Assembly (NCBI GenBank): GCA_951406725.2
Contig: OX597824.1
Location: 83,142,001-83,206,000 of the forward strand
Reading direction: 5' to 3'
Source: Octopus vulgaris
Lineage: Eukaryota
DNA length: 64,000 nt
The translations under genes were made by a program, and so were the position numbers. Numbering within the stretch: position 1 is the stretch's first letter; every line of letters starts with the position of its first letter. Positions 12,785-26,864 of the stretch are shown here, piece by piece. The notes under the pieces were generated by a model that was given only the letters and a program-made list of their open reading frames with translations, searched no databases and had not been told where the DNA came from.

Positions 12785-13186
12785 GCGCAGGAGTGATAAG
12801 TAGCTTGTTTACCAACCACATGGTTCCGGGTTCAGTCCCACTGCGTGGCATCTTGGGCAAGTGTCTTCTACTATAGTCTCGGGTCGACCAAAGCCTTGTG
12901 AGTGGATTTGGTAGACGGAAACTGAAAGAAGCCCATCGTATATATGTATATATTTATATGCGTGTGTGTGTTTGTGCGTCTGTGTTTGTCCTCCTAGCAT
13001 TGCTTGACACAACCGATGCTGGTGTGTTTATGTCCCCGTCACTTAGCGGTTCGGCAAAAGTGACCGATAGAATAAGTACTGGGCTTACAAAAAGAATAAG
13101 TCCCGGGGTCGAGTTGCTCGATTAAAGGCGGTGCTCCAGCATGGCCGCAGTCAAATGACTGAAACAAGTAAAAGAGTAAAAGAGAG
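12785..13186 (+). mobile_element. SINE family A copy
   Basis: Full-length match to the family, with a small head deletion. Confidence 0.87.
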
Positions 13187-14079
13187 ATTGAAGGACTTAG
13201 AGAACCATTTCACGAACCAGGACAGTAGCACACAATACCTCCAGAGGCAGTGAGATGCCACATATTTGTAGTAAGACCTGCAATAGCATTGAATTTGGGA
13301 GAAACGAGAGAGAGCAATGAATTCAAGGTTTTTCAATGTTGGTGAGGTCTTCTTTTGAATTTTTTTCTTCCCTCTGTGGTATATTATTGGTGTCAGTTTA
13401 TGAGTGGATGCAATGCATTTTCTGTTCGTTTTCATGAGTTTTGCCTCTTTTGTTGCGTTTTTTGTTTTGTTGTTATTATTATTTTCTTTTGTTTTTGCCG
13501 TTTTTTTTTTTCCCCTCTTTTCAATAACGTTCAGCTAATTCTATAGCTATTATAACGCAGTCAGTCATGATTTCAATACAAATCACTTCTCCTTTACAAC
13601 TTTTCAATAAAACATATTTGAATGAAAATCTGTTCCCCACATTGCATATACACACACATATATACATACACACACACATATTTATATATACACACACACA
13701 CACATATATATATACATACACACACACACACACATACATATGCACACGCATACACACACATGCATGCACACATACACATACACACACATCGCAATGACTG
13801 ACACAAAGTTCAATAGGTTGCCGCTGCTCTAAGCCTGCCATTTTCCAAATGTCAGACCAAGATAGATAGGTGTGTATATTTATAGCTGTGGGTCTGCCGT
13901 TCTTGTGAAACACACAATAACATAAAATGTCAGTAAATCACATATTTCACTACACTAGGCGCCGGACATTAACAAATACATACATATACATACATACATA
14001 TATACATATATATATATATAACAAAACAAATTTACATGCAATGAATATACAGCCAGAGAGGGATATGATACATACATAC

Positions 14080-14120
<41 letters not shown>

Positions 14121-14342
14121 CAAACACATACACAATCATCGTCGTCATCATCATCATCATTTAATGTCCATTTTCCATGCTGGCATGGTCTGACAGGATC
14201 CACTGAGCCTCAGGGCTATGCTGAGCTCCATGTCAGCCTCAGCATGGTTTCTACAACTGAATGCCCTTCCTAATGTCACTAATGTCATCCACTTCTCACT
14301 AGGAGTGCTTTCATTATTTGTGTATTTTATTATTTTTTATGC

Positions 14343-14387
<45 letters not shown>

Positions 14388-14691
14388 TATATATATATGT
14401 ATATGCCACTGGTATGAGCGGGGCTGCCAAATAACTTGCAAGATAGGAAAAGAACAAGAAAATGTAAAAAAAAAGTGGGGTAAGGGGAAAGCCCTCTCGA
14501 CTAACAAGGGGAGGGGGTAAATCTGAGAGGGTAGAGAGGGTGTATACAAACATATACACATGCATATCATATATACATATGTAATCTACTCTACATTCTT
14601 GTATCAAATTCTTCACACCTCTCTAGATTGCTGATACTGTTTTCTATCAATCTATCTATCTATATATATATATATACACACACACACACAT

Positions 14692-15268
14692 GAAGGCGCA
14701 TGGCTCAGTGGTAAGTGTGTCGAGCTGGCAGAAGTGTTAGCACGCCGGGCGAAATGCTTTGCGGTATTTCGTCTGCCGTTACGTTGTGAGTTCAAATTCC
14801 ACCGAGGTCGACTTTGCCTTTCATCCTTTCGGGGTCGATAAATTAAGTACCAGTTATGCACTGGGGTCGATGTAATCGACTTAATACCTATGTCTGTCCT
14901 TGTTTGTCCCCTCTATGTTTAGCCCCTTGTGGGTAATAAAGAAATAGGTAAGTGTGTCGAGCTTATGACCGTGAGGTTGTAAGTTCAAATCTCAGACCGA
15001 GCTGTGTGTTGTGTTCTTGAGCAAGATACTTTATTTCACGTTGTTCCAGTTCATTCAGCTGCAGAAATGAGTTGCAACGTCACAGGTGCCAAGCTGTATC
15101 GGCCCCTTTGCCTTTCCCTTGGATAACATCAGTGACATGGAGAGGGGAGGCTGGTTTGCATGGACGACTGCTGGTCTTCTATAAACAACCTTGCCCAGAC
15201 CTGTGCCTGGGAGGATAACTTTCTAGGTGCAATCTCATGGTCAGTCATGACTGAAGGGGGTCTCAGCA
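14692..15268 (+). mobile_element. tRNA-derived SINE interrupted by a family D SINE (14727-14946) with 17-bp TSD
   Basis: ggtaagtgtgtcgagct at 14710-14726 and 14947-14963. Removing the insert restores the head ggcgcatggctcagtggtaagtgtgtcgagcttatgaccgtgaggttgtaagttcaaatc. Confidence 0.85.
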
Positions 15269-15480
15269 TATATACACACACACACATACATATGTACACA
15301 CAGTAACACATTTGAATTTGCAAGCTTGAGGAAAAGCACTCAATACTGAAATAGAGTGCAACTATTAATTGTAGTACTGTTAAGTTTACCTTATGACCTC
15401 TCACTTCTAGGTGTAGCTTCCATGCCTGAGATTTCCTCTCTAATTTCCCATTAGATCCAGCTATGAAAATTATATCATTA

Positions 15481-15886
15481 GGCACAGGAGTGGCTGTGTG
15501 GTAAGTAGCTTGCTTACCAACCACATGGTTCCAGGTTCAGTCCCACTGCGTGGCACCTTGGGCAAGTGTCTTCTACTATAGTCTCGGGCTGACCAAAGCC
15601 TTGTGAGTGGATTTGGTAGACGGAAACTGAAAGAAGCCCGTCGTATATATGTATATATATATATATGCGTGTGTGTGTTTGTGCGTCTGTGTTTGTCCCC
15701 CTAGCATTGCTTGACAACAGATGCTGGTGTGTTTATGTCCCCGTTACTTAGCGGTTCGGCAAAATAGACCGATAGAATAAGTACTGGGCTTACAAAAGAA
15801 TAAGTCCCTGGTCGAGTAGCTCGATTAAAGGCGGTGCTCCAGCATGGCCGCAGTCAAATGACTGAAACAAGTAAAAGAGTAAAGAG
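15481..15886 (+). mobile_element. SINE family A copy
   Basis: Full-length match. Confidence 0.88.
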
Positions 15887-15899
15887 CATATAGGAGAAT

Positions 15900-16112
15900 T
15901 TTCATGAACAACCAGTCTTAAACTCTTGTGATGGCCAATCAGACTACGAGGAAGAGAAGGGGATTAAGGGCTGAGCCCTGAGAGACTCCAACCAACACTC
16001 ATGCTAAATTCCTAACTCAGGTTCTTGTTGACTCTCACTTTACTTATTGCATCTTTGTATAAGGCTTGTACAGCTTTCACAAGGCATTCATTCGTCAACA
16101 CCTATTTTCCAT
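15900..16112 (-). mobile_element. RTE-type LINE reverse transcriptase fragment
   Basis: Minus translation GVDE..LVKAVQALYKDAISKVRVN...GVSQGSALNPLLFLVV (RT QG..LSP motif). Confidence 0.7.
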
Positions 16113-16146
16113 ATAGTACATATGTATGAGTGCACCTATGTATGTA

Positions 16147-16184
<38 letters not shown>

Positions 16185-16443
16185 TGCACCTGTGTGTCTG
16201 CGCGCGCATGTGTGTGTGTGTGTGTGTGTTTGGGCAGTGAACAATCTCAGTCTCTTTAAGTTTTTACACCTGAGAACGTTCCATATTAGTAGTGGTTGTG
16301 TGGTAAGAAGCTTGCTTCCCAACCACATGGTTCCAGGTTCAGTCCCACTACACAGCACCTTGGTCAAGTGTCTTCTACTATAGCTTCGGGCTGAGCAAGG
16401 TCTTGTGAGTGGATTTGGCAGATGGAAAGTGAAAGAAAACTAT

Positions 16444-16477
<34 letters not shown>

Positions 16478-17221
16478 CATGTGTGTGTGTGTATATCTTT
16501 GTGTTTGTCCCTCACCACCACCACTTGACAACCAGTGTTGGTGTGTTTACATCCCTGTAACTTAGCCGTTATTTTTTTTTGGCAAACGAAACCAATAGAA
16601 TAAGCACCAGGCATAAAAGAAAGAAATAAGTACAGGGATCGATTCATTTGACAAAAAATCCTTCAAGGTGCTGCCCCAGCATGGCCACAGTCTAATGACT
16701 GAAACAAGTAGAAGAATAAAGAATATGATGTATGTATATTAGTATGCACATACCGTCTCAAATATGCCCTTTCTCGTGAAGATAGTTGGGTGTGATTGGA
16801 GAGAGATCCAGTGAGATGCAGATCTTGTTTTGTATATCGGGGGAAGCCTGAGCATACATTGTTTGGACTGAGAGTGGAAATCAATGCTTGTGGTAATTTT
16901 ATGGGAGACAGGCAGGCACCACACCTATTTTACGGCTGAGTGGTCACCTGTTTAATATTAAGGGTATCCAGCTGTAAAAATATATGCTGCAAATATTTCA
17001 CCCCACCACCATAACCACCACCAAAAAGAAAATTTGATAGGGAAGCTATCCTACACATGTTAAGGGGAAAAAAGCTCTCTGTGGAGGGGGTGAGTGTGTT
17101 GGATTATATATATATATATATATATATACAAACATAACCACTGCCACCACCACCACCACTACCACCACCACCAACAACAACAACAACACACAGATATTTA
17201 TGTACACATACAAACTTTATT

Positions 17222-17545
17222 TCGCTGGTATAAGTAGCATACATGCATGTATGTATGTATGTATATGCATATGTGTATGTGACTGTGTGCGTGTATGTAT
17301 ATGCATATAAATGTATGTATGTGTGTGTGTGTGTGTTACCAGATCGCGGGTATATGTATGTATATGTGTGTGTGACTGTGTGCGTGTATGTATATGCATA
17401 TAAATGTGTGTATGTATGTGTGTGTGTGTTACCAGATCGCTGGTATAAGTAGCATACACATGTATGTATGTATATGCATATGTGTGTGTGACTGTGTGCG
17501 TGTATGTATATGCATATAAATATGTGTGTGTGTGTGTGTGTGTAA
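17222..17545 (+). repeat. Minisatellite, ~3 units of 92-123 bp built from microsatellite-like sequence
   Basis: gtgactgtgtgcgtgtatgtatatgcatataaatg... occurs three times; ...gttaccagatcgc joins the units. Confidence 0.8.
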
Positions 17546-17851
17546 CTAGTTTTTGCAATATATACTTTGCTATAGACTACAAAGTACAGCTGTCACTCAG
17601 AATCCAGCGTAACTTGGTAACATGTACCATGTTAATTGCTTCAGATGTCTCTGTAGTCTCCAACACACAGAGGCCCTTCCCGTCCAGGATGTAACAGCTG
17701 GCAGGAGACGAGGGAGAGAGGGCCACATCAGCACTCAGCTGGTACTCATTTCAGCTGAGTAAATTGAAGGCAACATGAAATGAAGTACGTGCCTTCCTCA
17801 AGGACTCGCTGCACTGAGGTCCTAGGAATTGAACTCAGACCTTTTGAACAT

Positions 17852-18243
17852 AGGCGCAGGAGTGGCTGTGTGGTAAGTAGCTTGCTAACCAGCAACATGG
17901 TTCCGGGTTCAGTCCCACTGCGTGGCATCTTGGGCAAGTGTCTTCTGCAATAGCCCTGGGCCGACCAATGCCTTGTGAGTGGATTTGGTAGACGGAAACT
18001 GAAAGAAGCCTGTCGTATATATGTATATATATATATGTGTGTGTTTGTGTGTCTCTGTTTGTCCCCCGAACATCGCTTGACAACCGATGCTGGTGTGTTT
18101 ATGTCCCCGTCACTTAGCGGTTCGGCAAAAAAGACCGATAGAATAAGTACTGGGCTTACAAAGAATAAGTCCCAGGGTCGAGTTGCTCGACTAAAGGTGG
18201 TGCTCTAGCATGGCCGCAGTCAAATGAGTAAAAGAGTAAAGAG
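17852..18243 (+). mobile_element. SINE family A copy (young subfamily)
   Basis: Full length; an older inverted copy follows at ~18330-18745. Confidence 0.88.
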
Positions 18244-18793
18244 TATATGGGTGTAATGCTCTTACCACTAGGCTATGTGCAATGCTGTATGGTGAATGTT
18301 AATACCAGGATAGACTTTTATCCTATGATCATTTCAGGCTTTAGTCTGTGGCCAAGCTGGGGCACTGCCTTGAAGGATTTTAGTCAAACAAATCAAACCC
18401 CAGTACTTGTTTTTGCTTTTTTCTTTGCTTTGTTTAATGCTTTTTTTTTTAAAAGTTTGATACTTATTCTATTGATCGCTTTTGTCTAACTTCTCTGAGG
18501 ATGTCAACAAACCAACACTTGTTGTCAAGTAGAGGTGAAAGACAAACACACACATACCCATACATATATACATAAACAATGGGCTTTAGCACAGTTTCCA
18601 TCCAGCAAATTTCCTCACAAGGCATTAATTGGTTCAGGGCTATAGTAGAAGACACTTGCCCAAGGTGTCATACAGTGAGACTGAACCCGAAACCATAAGG
18701 TTACAAAGCAAGCTTTTTAAGCACACACCCATCCCTGAACCTGTAGAGTCTGATATTTTCCGACAGAACACTATCCAGGCATTTGCTGCATTA

Positions 18794-19056
18794 CATACAA
18801 GTTTCACAAGTTGCACAGACAATCATCAATGGGAAAAGGTCTTATAATTATACATATATAATACATAGCAACATGGTGCTGGGACTTTTTCATGAATGAA
18901 AGATATTAACAGATCCTTAGTATCACATACAAGTTTCACAAGTTACACAGACAATCATCAATGGCAAAAGGTCTTATAATTATACATATATAATGCATAG
19001 CAAGCATGGTGCTGGGACTTTTTCATGAATGAATGAAACATATTAACAGATCCTTA
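18794..19056 (+). repeat. Tandem duplication, 132-bp unit x2
   Basis: catacaagtttcacaagtt...tattaacagatcctta starts at 18794 and 18926. Confidence 0.9.
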
Positions 19057-19577
19057 ACTGTACACATATATCAATTAGTTCTCCTTAAAGATATGAAATT
19101 CTTTCATGGCATAAAGTCATGATATATATAAGATATTGTATTGTATATATATTGTCCATATTGTGTAGTATTGTATATAATATATAGTGTTATATATACT
19201 GTAAGATTTAATTGAATAATTAGCTCTTTCTTAATAAAGTAGACGACTTTTAGCATCAGTGTTGTCATTTTTTTTTTTTTTTTTTTACTTGTTTCAGTCA
19301 TTTGACTGCGGCCATGCTGGAGCACCGCCTTTTATTCATATTTTATACATTTTGATTGTTCCATTTCAGTTATATTACATTTAATAAATCTTACATTAAG
19401 TCGGTGTTGACTAAATGATGTATATTATGTTGACACTGACCAACTGATATTGCGTTGGCGTTAATGAAATGATATGTATATTATACTGGTGTCGACCATT
19501 AATATATATATATATTATGTTATTGTCAACTAACTGGCATGTGCATGTGCTTAAGTGTGTGTGTGTGTCTGCGTGTA

Positions 19578-19589
<12 letters not shown>

Positions 19590-19627
<38 letters not shown>

Positions 19628-19650
19628 CATATATACATACATATATATAC

Positions 19651-19715
<65 letters not shown>

Positions 19716-19920
19716 CATATATATACATATATATACACATTATATATATATATACACATATATATACATTATATATATATATACATATATATACATATAT
19801 ATACATATATACATATATATATACATATATATACATTATATATACATATATATACATTATATATACATACATATACATTATATATACATATATATACATT
19901 ATATATACATACATATACAT

Positions 19921-19964
<44 letters not shown>

Positions 19965-19972
19965 TATATATA
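19590..19972. repeat. Compound (TA)n/(TACA)n microsatellite with ~22-bp higher-order unit
   Basis: Repeated tatatatacatatatatacat / tatatatacatacatatacat. Confidence 0.95.
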
Positions 19973-20239
19973 GAAAGACATAATAAAGAATGAAGAATTA
20001 TACATTTTTAATTAAAATTTTACTTTCAGCATATAAAATTCTAACTTGATTCTGCTGCACAATTGTCTTCGTCCTTAGATGTGTTCTAATCTTGCAGGCT
20101 CGTAGAGGGTGGTGCCACATAAAAAGCAGCCATGCCAGTGCCGCGTAAAGAGCACCCAGTACACTCTGTATGATGGCTGGCATTAGGGAGAGCATCCAGC
20201 TGTAGAGACCATAATTGGCGTAGGGCATACCTAGCTTAA

Positions 20240-20450
20240 TAGCACCACCTAGAAAAAACATTTAATTATGCTTTATATTACAGTCATTCATTGGGCCTCA
20301 TCTTCCAGTTGTGTAAATAGTAATTGTTTACCGAGAATATACTCCAGTATAGAAGGTTTATCTGGAATTTGTTGGAGATATTTGTCTAGGACTCGTTTGA
20401 ATGTCCTTTTTTTTTCTTTCATGTGTCTTGGCATGATGTTAGAGAGAGCA
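20240..20450 (-). mobile_element. LINE 3'-end fragment (CR1-group-like)
   Basis: Minus translation NIMPRHMKE..TFKRVLDKYLQQIPDKP resembles the FK..LDKYL..IPD.P C-terminal motif. Confidence 0.55.
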
Positions 20451-21062
20451 GAGCCAGTTGAAATGAAATCATCATCATCATTGCTCGACCGTGGTCGAGA
20501 CAATGGAATTTACTATGCAATGCCAGACTTCACGGTCCATCAGAGCATTACGGAGGTCCTGTTGCTGGATGCCTGTATCCCTGGAGATTACATCAGGGTA
20601 GGAGAGTGAAGTAAAATAGCTTTATCTAAGTGTTGTAATGATTTTCGTAGAGGACAGATGATACAGGGACCAAACATATATACATGCACACTAACACACA
20701 CACATATAGGAGTGCCTGTGGTTCAGAAGCTTTCTTCGCTAACATGTGTCTCAGGATGAGTTCCATTGTGCAGCACCTCAAGCAAGTGTCTTCTACTATA
20801 GCCTTATGTGACCGAAGCCTTGTAATTACATTTAGTAGATAGAAACTGAAACAAGCCAGGCTGTGTGGTAAGAAGCTTGCTTCCTGACCACATGGTTCTG
20901 GGTTCAGTCCCACTATGTGGTACCTTGGGCAAGTGTCTTCTACTCTAGCCCCAGGCCAATCAAAGCCTTGTGAGTGGATTTGGTAGACAGAAACTGAAAG
21001 AAGCCCATCATACACACACAAACACACATGTATATTGTATGTATGTATATCTATATATTTAG

Positions 21063-21430
21063 AGGAGGCGCAATGGCCCAGTGGTTAGGGCAGCAGACTC
21101 GCGGTCATAGGATCGCGGTTTCGATTCCCAGACCGGGCGTTGTGAGGATGGTAAAGCTCCACAAGGATCCGGCAGGGGATGGTGGTGACCCCTGCTGTAC
21201 TCTTTCACCACAACTTTCTCTCACTCTTACTTCCTGTTTCTGCTGTACCTGTATTTCAAGGGCCTGGCCTTGTCACTCTCTGTGTCACGCTGAATATCCC
21301 CGAGAACTACGTTAAGGGTACACGTGTCTGTGGAGTGCTCAGCCACTTACACGTTAATTTCACGAGCAGGCTGTTCCGTTGATCGGATCAACCGGAACCC
21401 TCGTCGTCGTAACCGACGGAGTGCTTCCAC
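21063..21430 (+). mobile_element. SINE family B copy (tRNA-derived, ~385 bp)
   Basis: Head ggaggcgcaatggcccagtggttagggcagcagactcgcggtcataggatcgcggtttcgattccc; end gtaaccgacggagtgcttcc. Confidence 0.88.
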
Positions 21431-21907
21431 ATCTATATATTTATGTGAGTGTGTCTTTGTATCTGCATTTGTTCCCCCCACCGTTGCTTGACAGCTGATG
21501 TTGGTGTGTTCACATCACTGTAACTTAGTGGTTCGGCAAAAGATACCGATACAGTAAGTTCTAGGTTTACAAAGAATAAGTCCCGAGAATTGATTTCTTT
21601 GACTAAAAAACCCTTTAAAGCAGGGCTGCAGCCAAATGACTGAATCAAGTAAAATAAAAGAATATTATGCATGCGTGTGTGTGTGTGTGTATTCTTGTCT
21701 AGACATCACGTGATGGTTGTAAGGGTCTTCGTTTTCAGTGCCGTGTCTAGCAATAGGAAGATATTATTTGACTTGGAAATAGGTGGGGGTTGGGGTGGGG
21801 GTTAGCATCAAGAAGGGCATCAAGCCTTAGAAAAATCTGCCTCAATAAATTCTGTCTGACACATGCAAGCATGGAAAAATGGACATTGAATGATGATGAC
21901 TGAGATA

Positions 21908-21938
<31 letters not shown>

Positions 21939-22009
21939 GTGTGTGTCTGTGTATAAACACACACATATATATATACATATATATATACACATATATATAT
22001 ATATACACC

Positions 22010-22058
<49 letters not shown>

Positions 22059-24239
22059 CATTAGCTATTTGAGATGTTAATTCAGATTTGCTAGTCCCCA
22101 GAAACAAAGAAAGGACGAAAGATCAATAAATCAATAAAACAGTAACTGTCAACTAGAATTACTGTCTCCCTCTCTCTATATATAAATTACAAAAAGTAAA
22201 TAAAAATAGTAAAAAAAAACAAAAACAAAAATAAAAAACCCCTCATAAAAAAAAAAACAAAAATAAAACTCTCATAAAAAAAAACAAAACAAAAAAGACA
22301 CACATGAAAAAAGCCAGATGTCAAATGAAGGAGGAAGTTGTTTTCCTGGCTTTATGACAGTTGTTATGCATATTAAATAAATTGCATTAATGAAAACATT
22401 AGTTAACTTGCTTGGAACAAATAACTAATGTTTGATGCCAGAAGGTTTTTTTTTAAGTCTAACGAGACAGAATAGTCATTTGCTGACGACATTTGGTAGA
22501 CTCTTGATGCCAACCAACTATTATCAGGACAAACTGCAAGCCAACAAGGAAACCTCTATGCAGTTGGTCAGGCTGCTAGACATAGCAACCAAATCTTTAC
22601 ACCAAATTTGACCATACTGTTCTAACAATGATTGAATATATATATATATATATATATCATCATCACCATCATTTAACCTTTGCTTTCCATGCTAGCATGG
22701 GTTGGACGGTTTGACTGTGGGCTGTCGAACCAGATGGCTGCACCAGGCTACAGTCTTGATCTGGCAGAGTTTCTACAGCTGGATGCCCTTCCTAACACCA
22801 ACCACTCCGAGAGTGTAGTGGGTGCTTTTACGTGCCACTGGCATGGGGGCCAGTCAGGCAGTACTGGCAACGACCTCGCTCGAATTTTTTTTTTATACAT
22901 GCCTACGGCACAGATACCAGTAAGGCAATGCTGGTAACGATCCCGCTCGAATGGTGCCTCCTACATGCCACCGGCATGGAAGCCAGTTAGCCACTATATA
23001 TACATATATATATTTGTGTATGGTAGATTCAGTCAGGGATATGAAGTGTCTTGAAAAGAAAGTAGGGAGCAGTTATCTTTTATCTTTTAATTGTTTCAGT
23101 CCTTAGACTGTAGCCATGCTGGGGCACCACCTTGAAGAAATTTAGTTGAACAAATCAACCCCAAACTTTTTTTTTAAGCCTAGTACCTGTTTTAGTCTCT
23201 TTTGCCACACTACTTAGTTACAGGGACATAAACACACGAACACCAGTAGTCAAGAGGTGGTGGAGGAGAGCAAACACAGACACACACTCAAAGATATATA
23301 TATATATATATATCATAATCATCATTTAACGTCCGCTTTCCATGCTAGCATGGGTTGGATGATTTGACTGAGGACTGACGAAACAGATGGCTGTACCAGG
23401 CTCCAATCTTGATCTTGTGGAGTTTCTACAGCTGGATGCCCTTCCTAACGCCAACCACTCTGAGAGTGTAGTGGGTGCTTTCATGTGTCACTGGCACGAG
23501 GGCCAGTTAGGCGGTATTGTCAACGGCCACGAAAAAAATCATGTTTTTTTACATATACGATAGGCTTCTTTCAGTTTCCATCTACCAAATCCACTCACAA
23601 GGCTTTGGCCAGCCCAAGACTATAGAAGAAAACACTTGCCAAAGGTGCCAAGCAATGGGACTGAACCCAGAACCATGTGGTTGGGAAGCAAGCTTCTTAC
23701 CACATAGTCATGCCTGCATGGTTAATAAAGTTTCACCTCTGAAAATTATAGACTTGCAAATAACACTACTTGTTTAGCCCACTACCTACCAACCAACCAA
23801 CCAATCTACCTACCAACTGACCTAACTACATACCTACCTCTTGCTTGACAAGGGCTGACCAGAGGCTATGCATCACACAACAACAACAATAGCAAAAAAG
23901 CATCTGAGACAAAATATTATTTGGAAATTTGAAAAATAACAGAAAATTCTTCTCTTAACCTCACTTTATTTTTTAAATTTGAAATTTGTCTTTATTTTTT
24001 GATAAAATTTTGACATTTCTGAAATTCTAAGAGCATCACTTATGTATAATAAAATCTGCTTATTTATAACAATAAAATTTACCAGCAGTTTCAGCTCCAG
24101 GTCAGTCTTGTTAGAGCAGATTCTTGATCAAAGATGCATCATCTGTGAACATCCTGCTGGGTTTTTTTTTACAGTATGTTGGACTACATCATCCACTACA
24201 AAGTTCAGTCCTTGCTGTAATGTAGTGGCTTGTATTCCC

Positions 24240-24620
24240 TGAGAGCTATGCCAGTGGAGCACAAGGTCCTGGTTGGGCCTCCAGTGCTGGACAGGTCAAA
24301 GAACAGATGCCAGGTTAACATGAACCACCACTTCACAGGGGTAAAAATGGGTTTGCATAGAGCCAACACCTCTACTTAGAAAAAAATTAAAGTTACAGAA
24401 GTATCGATGGTAATTCAAACCCAACAAGCCCTAGGAGAGGAGAGGAAGGCCTTTCCTCAGGGAAAGATATGATGTGATACAGCAAAATCCAAAAGGAAAC
24501 AGCTGCAAAAGCAGGGATCGAACTGGAGAGAACCAGAAAAGATGGCCCAGAATTAAGGTCAGCAAAGAAATGTCACAAACAGCCAATGCTCCATAGGAAG
24601 TGAAGGGCTTAAATTAAGCA
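24240..24620 (+). mobile_element. Possible internally deleted RTE-derived element
   Basis: The 5' part resembles RTE 5' UTRs (ggacaggtcaaag...gccaacacc). The 3' part translates to WREPEKMAQ...CS, like RTE ORF ends. Confidence 0.4.
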
Positions 24621-24626
24621 AGATTA

Positions 24627-25139
24627 CCATAAATCCTCAAGTATAGTCCGCCCTTGAGTATAATACGCAGGGGATTTTTAGGGGGCTGTACCTCTGAAAA
24701 ACCTAAACCTTGTGTATAATACGCACCCCTTCTCTAACTTGAGTCAAGGAGGTCTATATAATGTCCTTGGTTTGTAAAAATGTATACGGTAACGTCCTTT
24801 ATTATTATTGTATATATAACATAATGCAAACGTGTAGCTTTTTTGTGCATTTTGTTAGCAAAAAATAAAGAAATAACAGTAATAACATTTAATAACTGTT
24901 GCTTCCTTCAAGTCATGGATGATTTTTTTTATGACTTCATTGCTTTCAGGCTTAGCTTAAGGTATTTTCGTGCCTGATATCACAAAATACGTCTGAATAA
25001 ACATTGCTGGACAGCAAATGGAGACTCGGACATTGCTTAGAAAATATTTTTCATTTTTAACCTCATATATAGTATGCACTAGGGATTCTGACCTTTAAAT
25101 TTTGGGAAAAAAATGCGGATTATACTTGAGGATTTACGG
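24627..25139. mobile_element. Complete Tc1/mariner-pogo-type MITE (513 bp), TA TSD
   Basis: TA|ccataaatcctcaagtatagtccgc ... gcggattatacttgaggatttacgg|TA; TIRs match 23/25. Confidence 0.9.
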
Positions 25140-25485
25140 TACATTATCTAATATGTCTCATCTTTATCTTAGGTTGCAATGAAGGAGATTTCTACTTCTT
25201 ATCAAAGCAAGTAACCACATAGAGTCTCTTCTAGTTGGCTCAAGTTCTGTTCAGATTATACAGAATGTGATTGGAAAAAAAGGAACTTCTTGACTGTGAA
25301 TAGGGCCTTAGAATCCCAAAGCCAACTAATTATATGATGCAATCCTATGTATTCAGGATGTGTCAGTTTCTACAAAAGTAACTTCTTTGACTCTATCTAT
25401 TACTGGTGTATCTTTTATATTACCAAAGGATTCAAAGACGATGGAAATGGTCATAAATAGCCATCTTCATTATTAATTATTGTCT

Positions 25486-25871
25486 GGAAGCACTCCGTCG
25501 GTTTCGACGATGAGGGTTCCGGTTGATCCGAATCAACAGAACAGCCCGCTCGTGAAATTAACGTGTAAGTGGCTGAGCACTCCACAGACACGTGTACCCT
25601 TAACGTAGTTCTCGGGGATATTCAGCGTGACACAGACAGTGACAAGGCCGGCCCCTTGAAATACAGGTACAACAGAAACAGGAAGTAAGAATGAGAGAAA
25701 GTTGTGGTGAAAGAGTACAGCAGGGATCACCACCATCCCCTGCCGGAGCCTCGTGGAGCTTTTTAGGTGTTTTCGCACAATAAACACTCACAACGCCCGG
25801 TCTGGGAATCGAAACCGTGATCCTATGACCACGAGTCCGCTGCCCTAACCACTGGGCCATTGCACCTCCAC
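25486..25871 (-). mobile_element. SINE family B full-length copy with 13-bp TSD
   Basis: TSD ttaattattgtct at 25473-25485 and 25872-25884. Confidence 0.92.
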
Positions 25872-26864
25872 TTAATTATTGTCTATAAAACTTAGCACTC
25901 ACCAGCCAGTGTACATTTTGCTGTTTACAGTACAGCAGTTCTTAGAGGATTCAGTGTCCGTAACTAATGAAACGTAACTACACGGAAACAAATGTTTTAC
26001 AGTCCAACGGCATCAGCTTGGTATGTTTTCACATATATATAGCCTGCAAGGAGAATTTCTCCAAGACAGTTGCTGCAGCAAAGATATATTCCATATATGA
26101 ATGTAGGCAAATAAGTGCAGACATGACTGTGTTGTAAGAAGCTTGCCTCCTGGCCATATGGTTACAGGTTCAATCCCACTGCGTGGTACCTTGGGGGAAG
26201 TGTCTTCTACTACAGCCCTGGGCCAACCAAAGCCTTGTGATGGGATTTGGTAGATGAAACTGAAAGAAGTGTGTGTGTGTGTGTGTGTGTGTGTGAGTGT
26301 GTATGAACGTGTATGTGCGCGCATGCGTGCACCTTTGTGACTGTGTTTGCTCCCCAGTATCCCTTGACAACTGATGCTGGTGTGATTATGTCCCCATGAT
26401 TTAGTGATACAGCAAAAGAGATTAACAGAATAAAAACCAAGTAAAAAATTTTAAAATTCTAGGGTCAATTCATTCAACTAAAAATTCTTCAAGGCGGTGC
26501 CCCAGCATGGCCATGGTTTAATGACTGAAACAAGTAAAAGATACAAGATAAAAGATAAAATATGTTACATATAAATGTACACAGCTTTTATTTTAATCAT
26601 TACTGTTTCGTGTGCTGTTAATTTCAGTGGTGGCCAGCAGTGTAATACCAATGAAACCAGATCTGCTGGAGACCTTGATTGCAGGTCACACATCAGTGCT
26701 CTCTGTCTGTCTGTATTTGTCTGTCTGTCTCTCTGACTGTCTGTCTGTCTCTCACTTCAGGGAAAGCAACATCATTGTAGTTAACATCAGCAAGGTTTCT
26801 CTGGTACAGTTAGCCCTTATAACTAATCAATCGGTTCTTTAATGTGCTGGTTAAACAATCAATA

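Noticed and set aside
19411-20005. Long ORFs of YI/HT/CV dipeptide repeats (also 13521-14616, 17217-17694, 33923-34334, 37681-38057, 44638-45241, 58967-59376)
   Set aside because: Translations of (TA)n/(CA)n microsatellites that lack stop codons; no coding signal.
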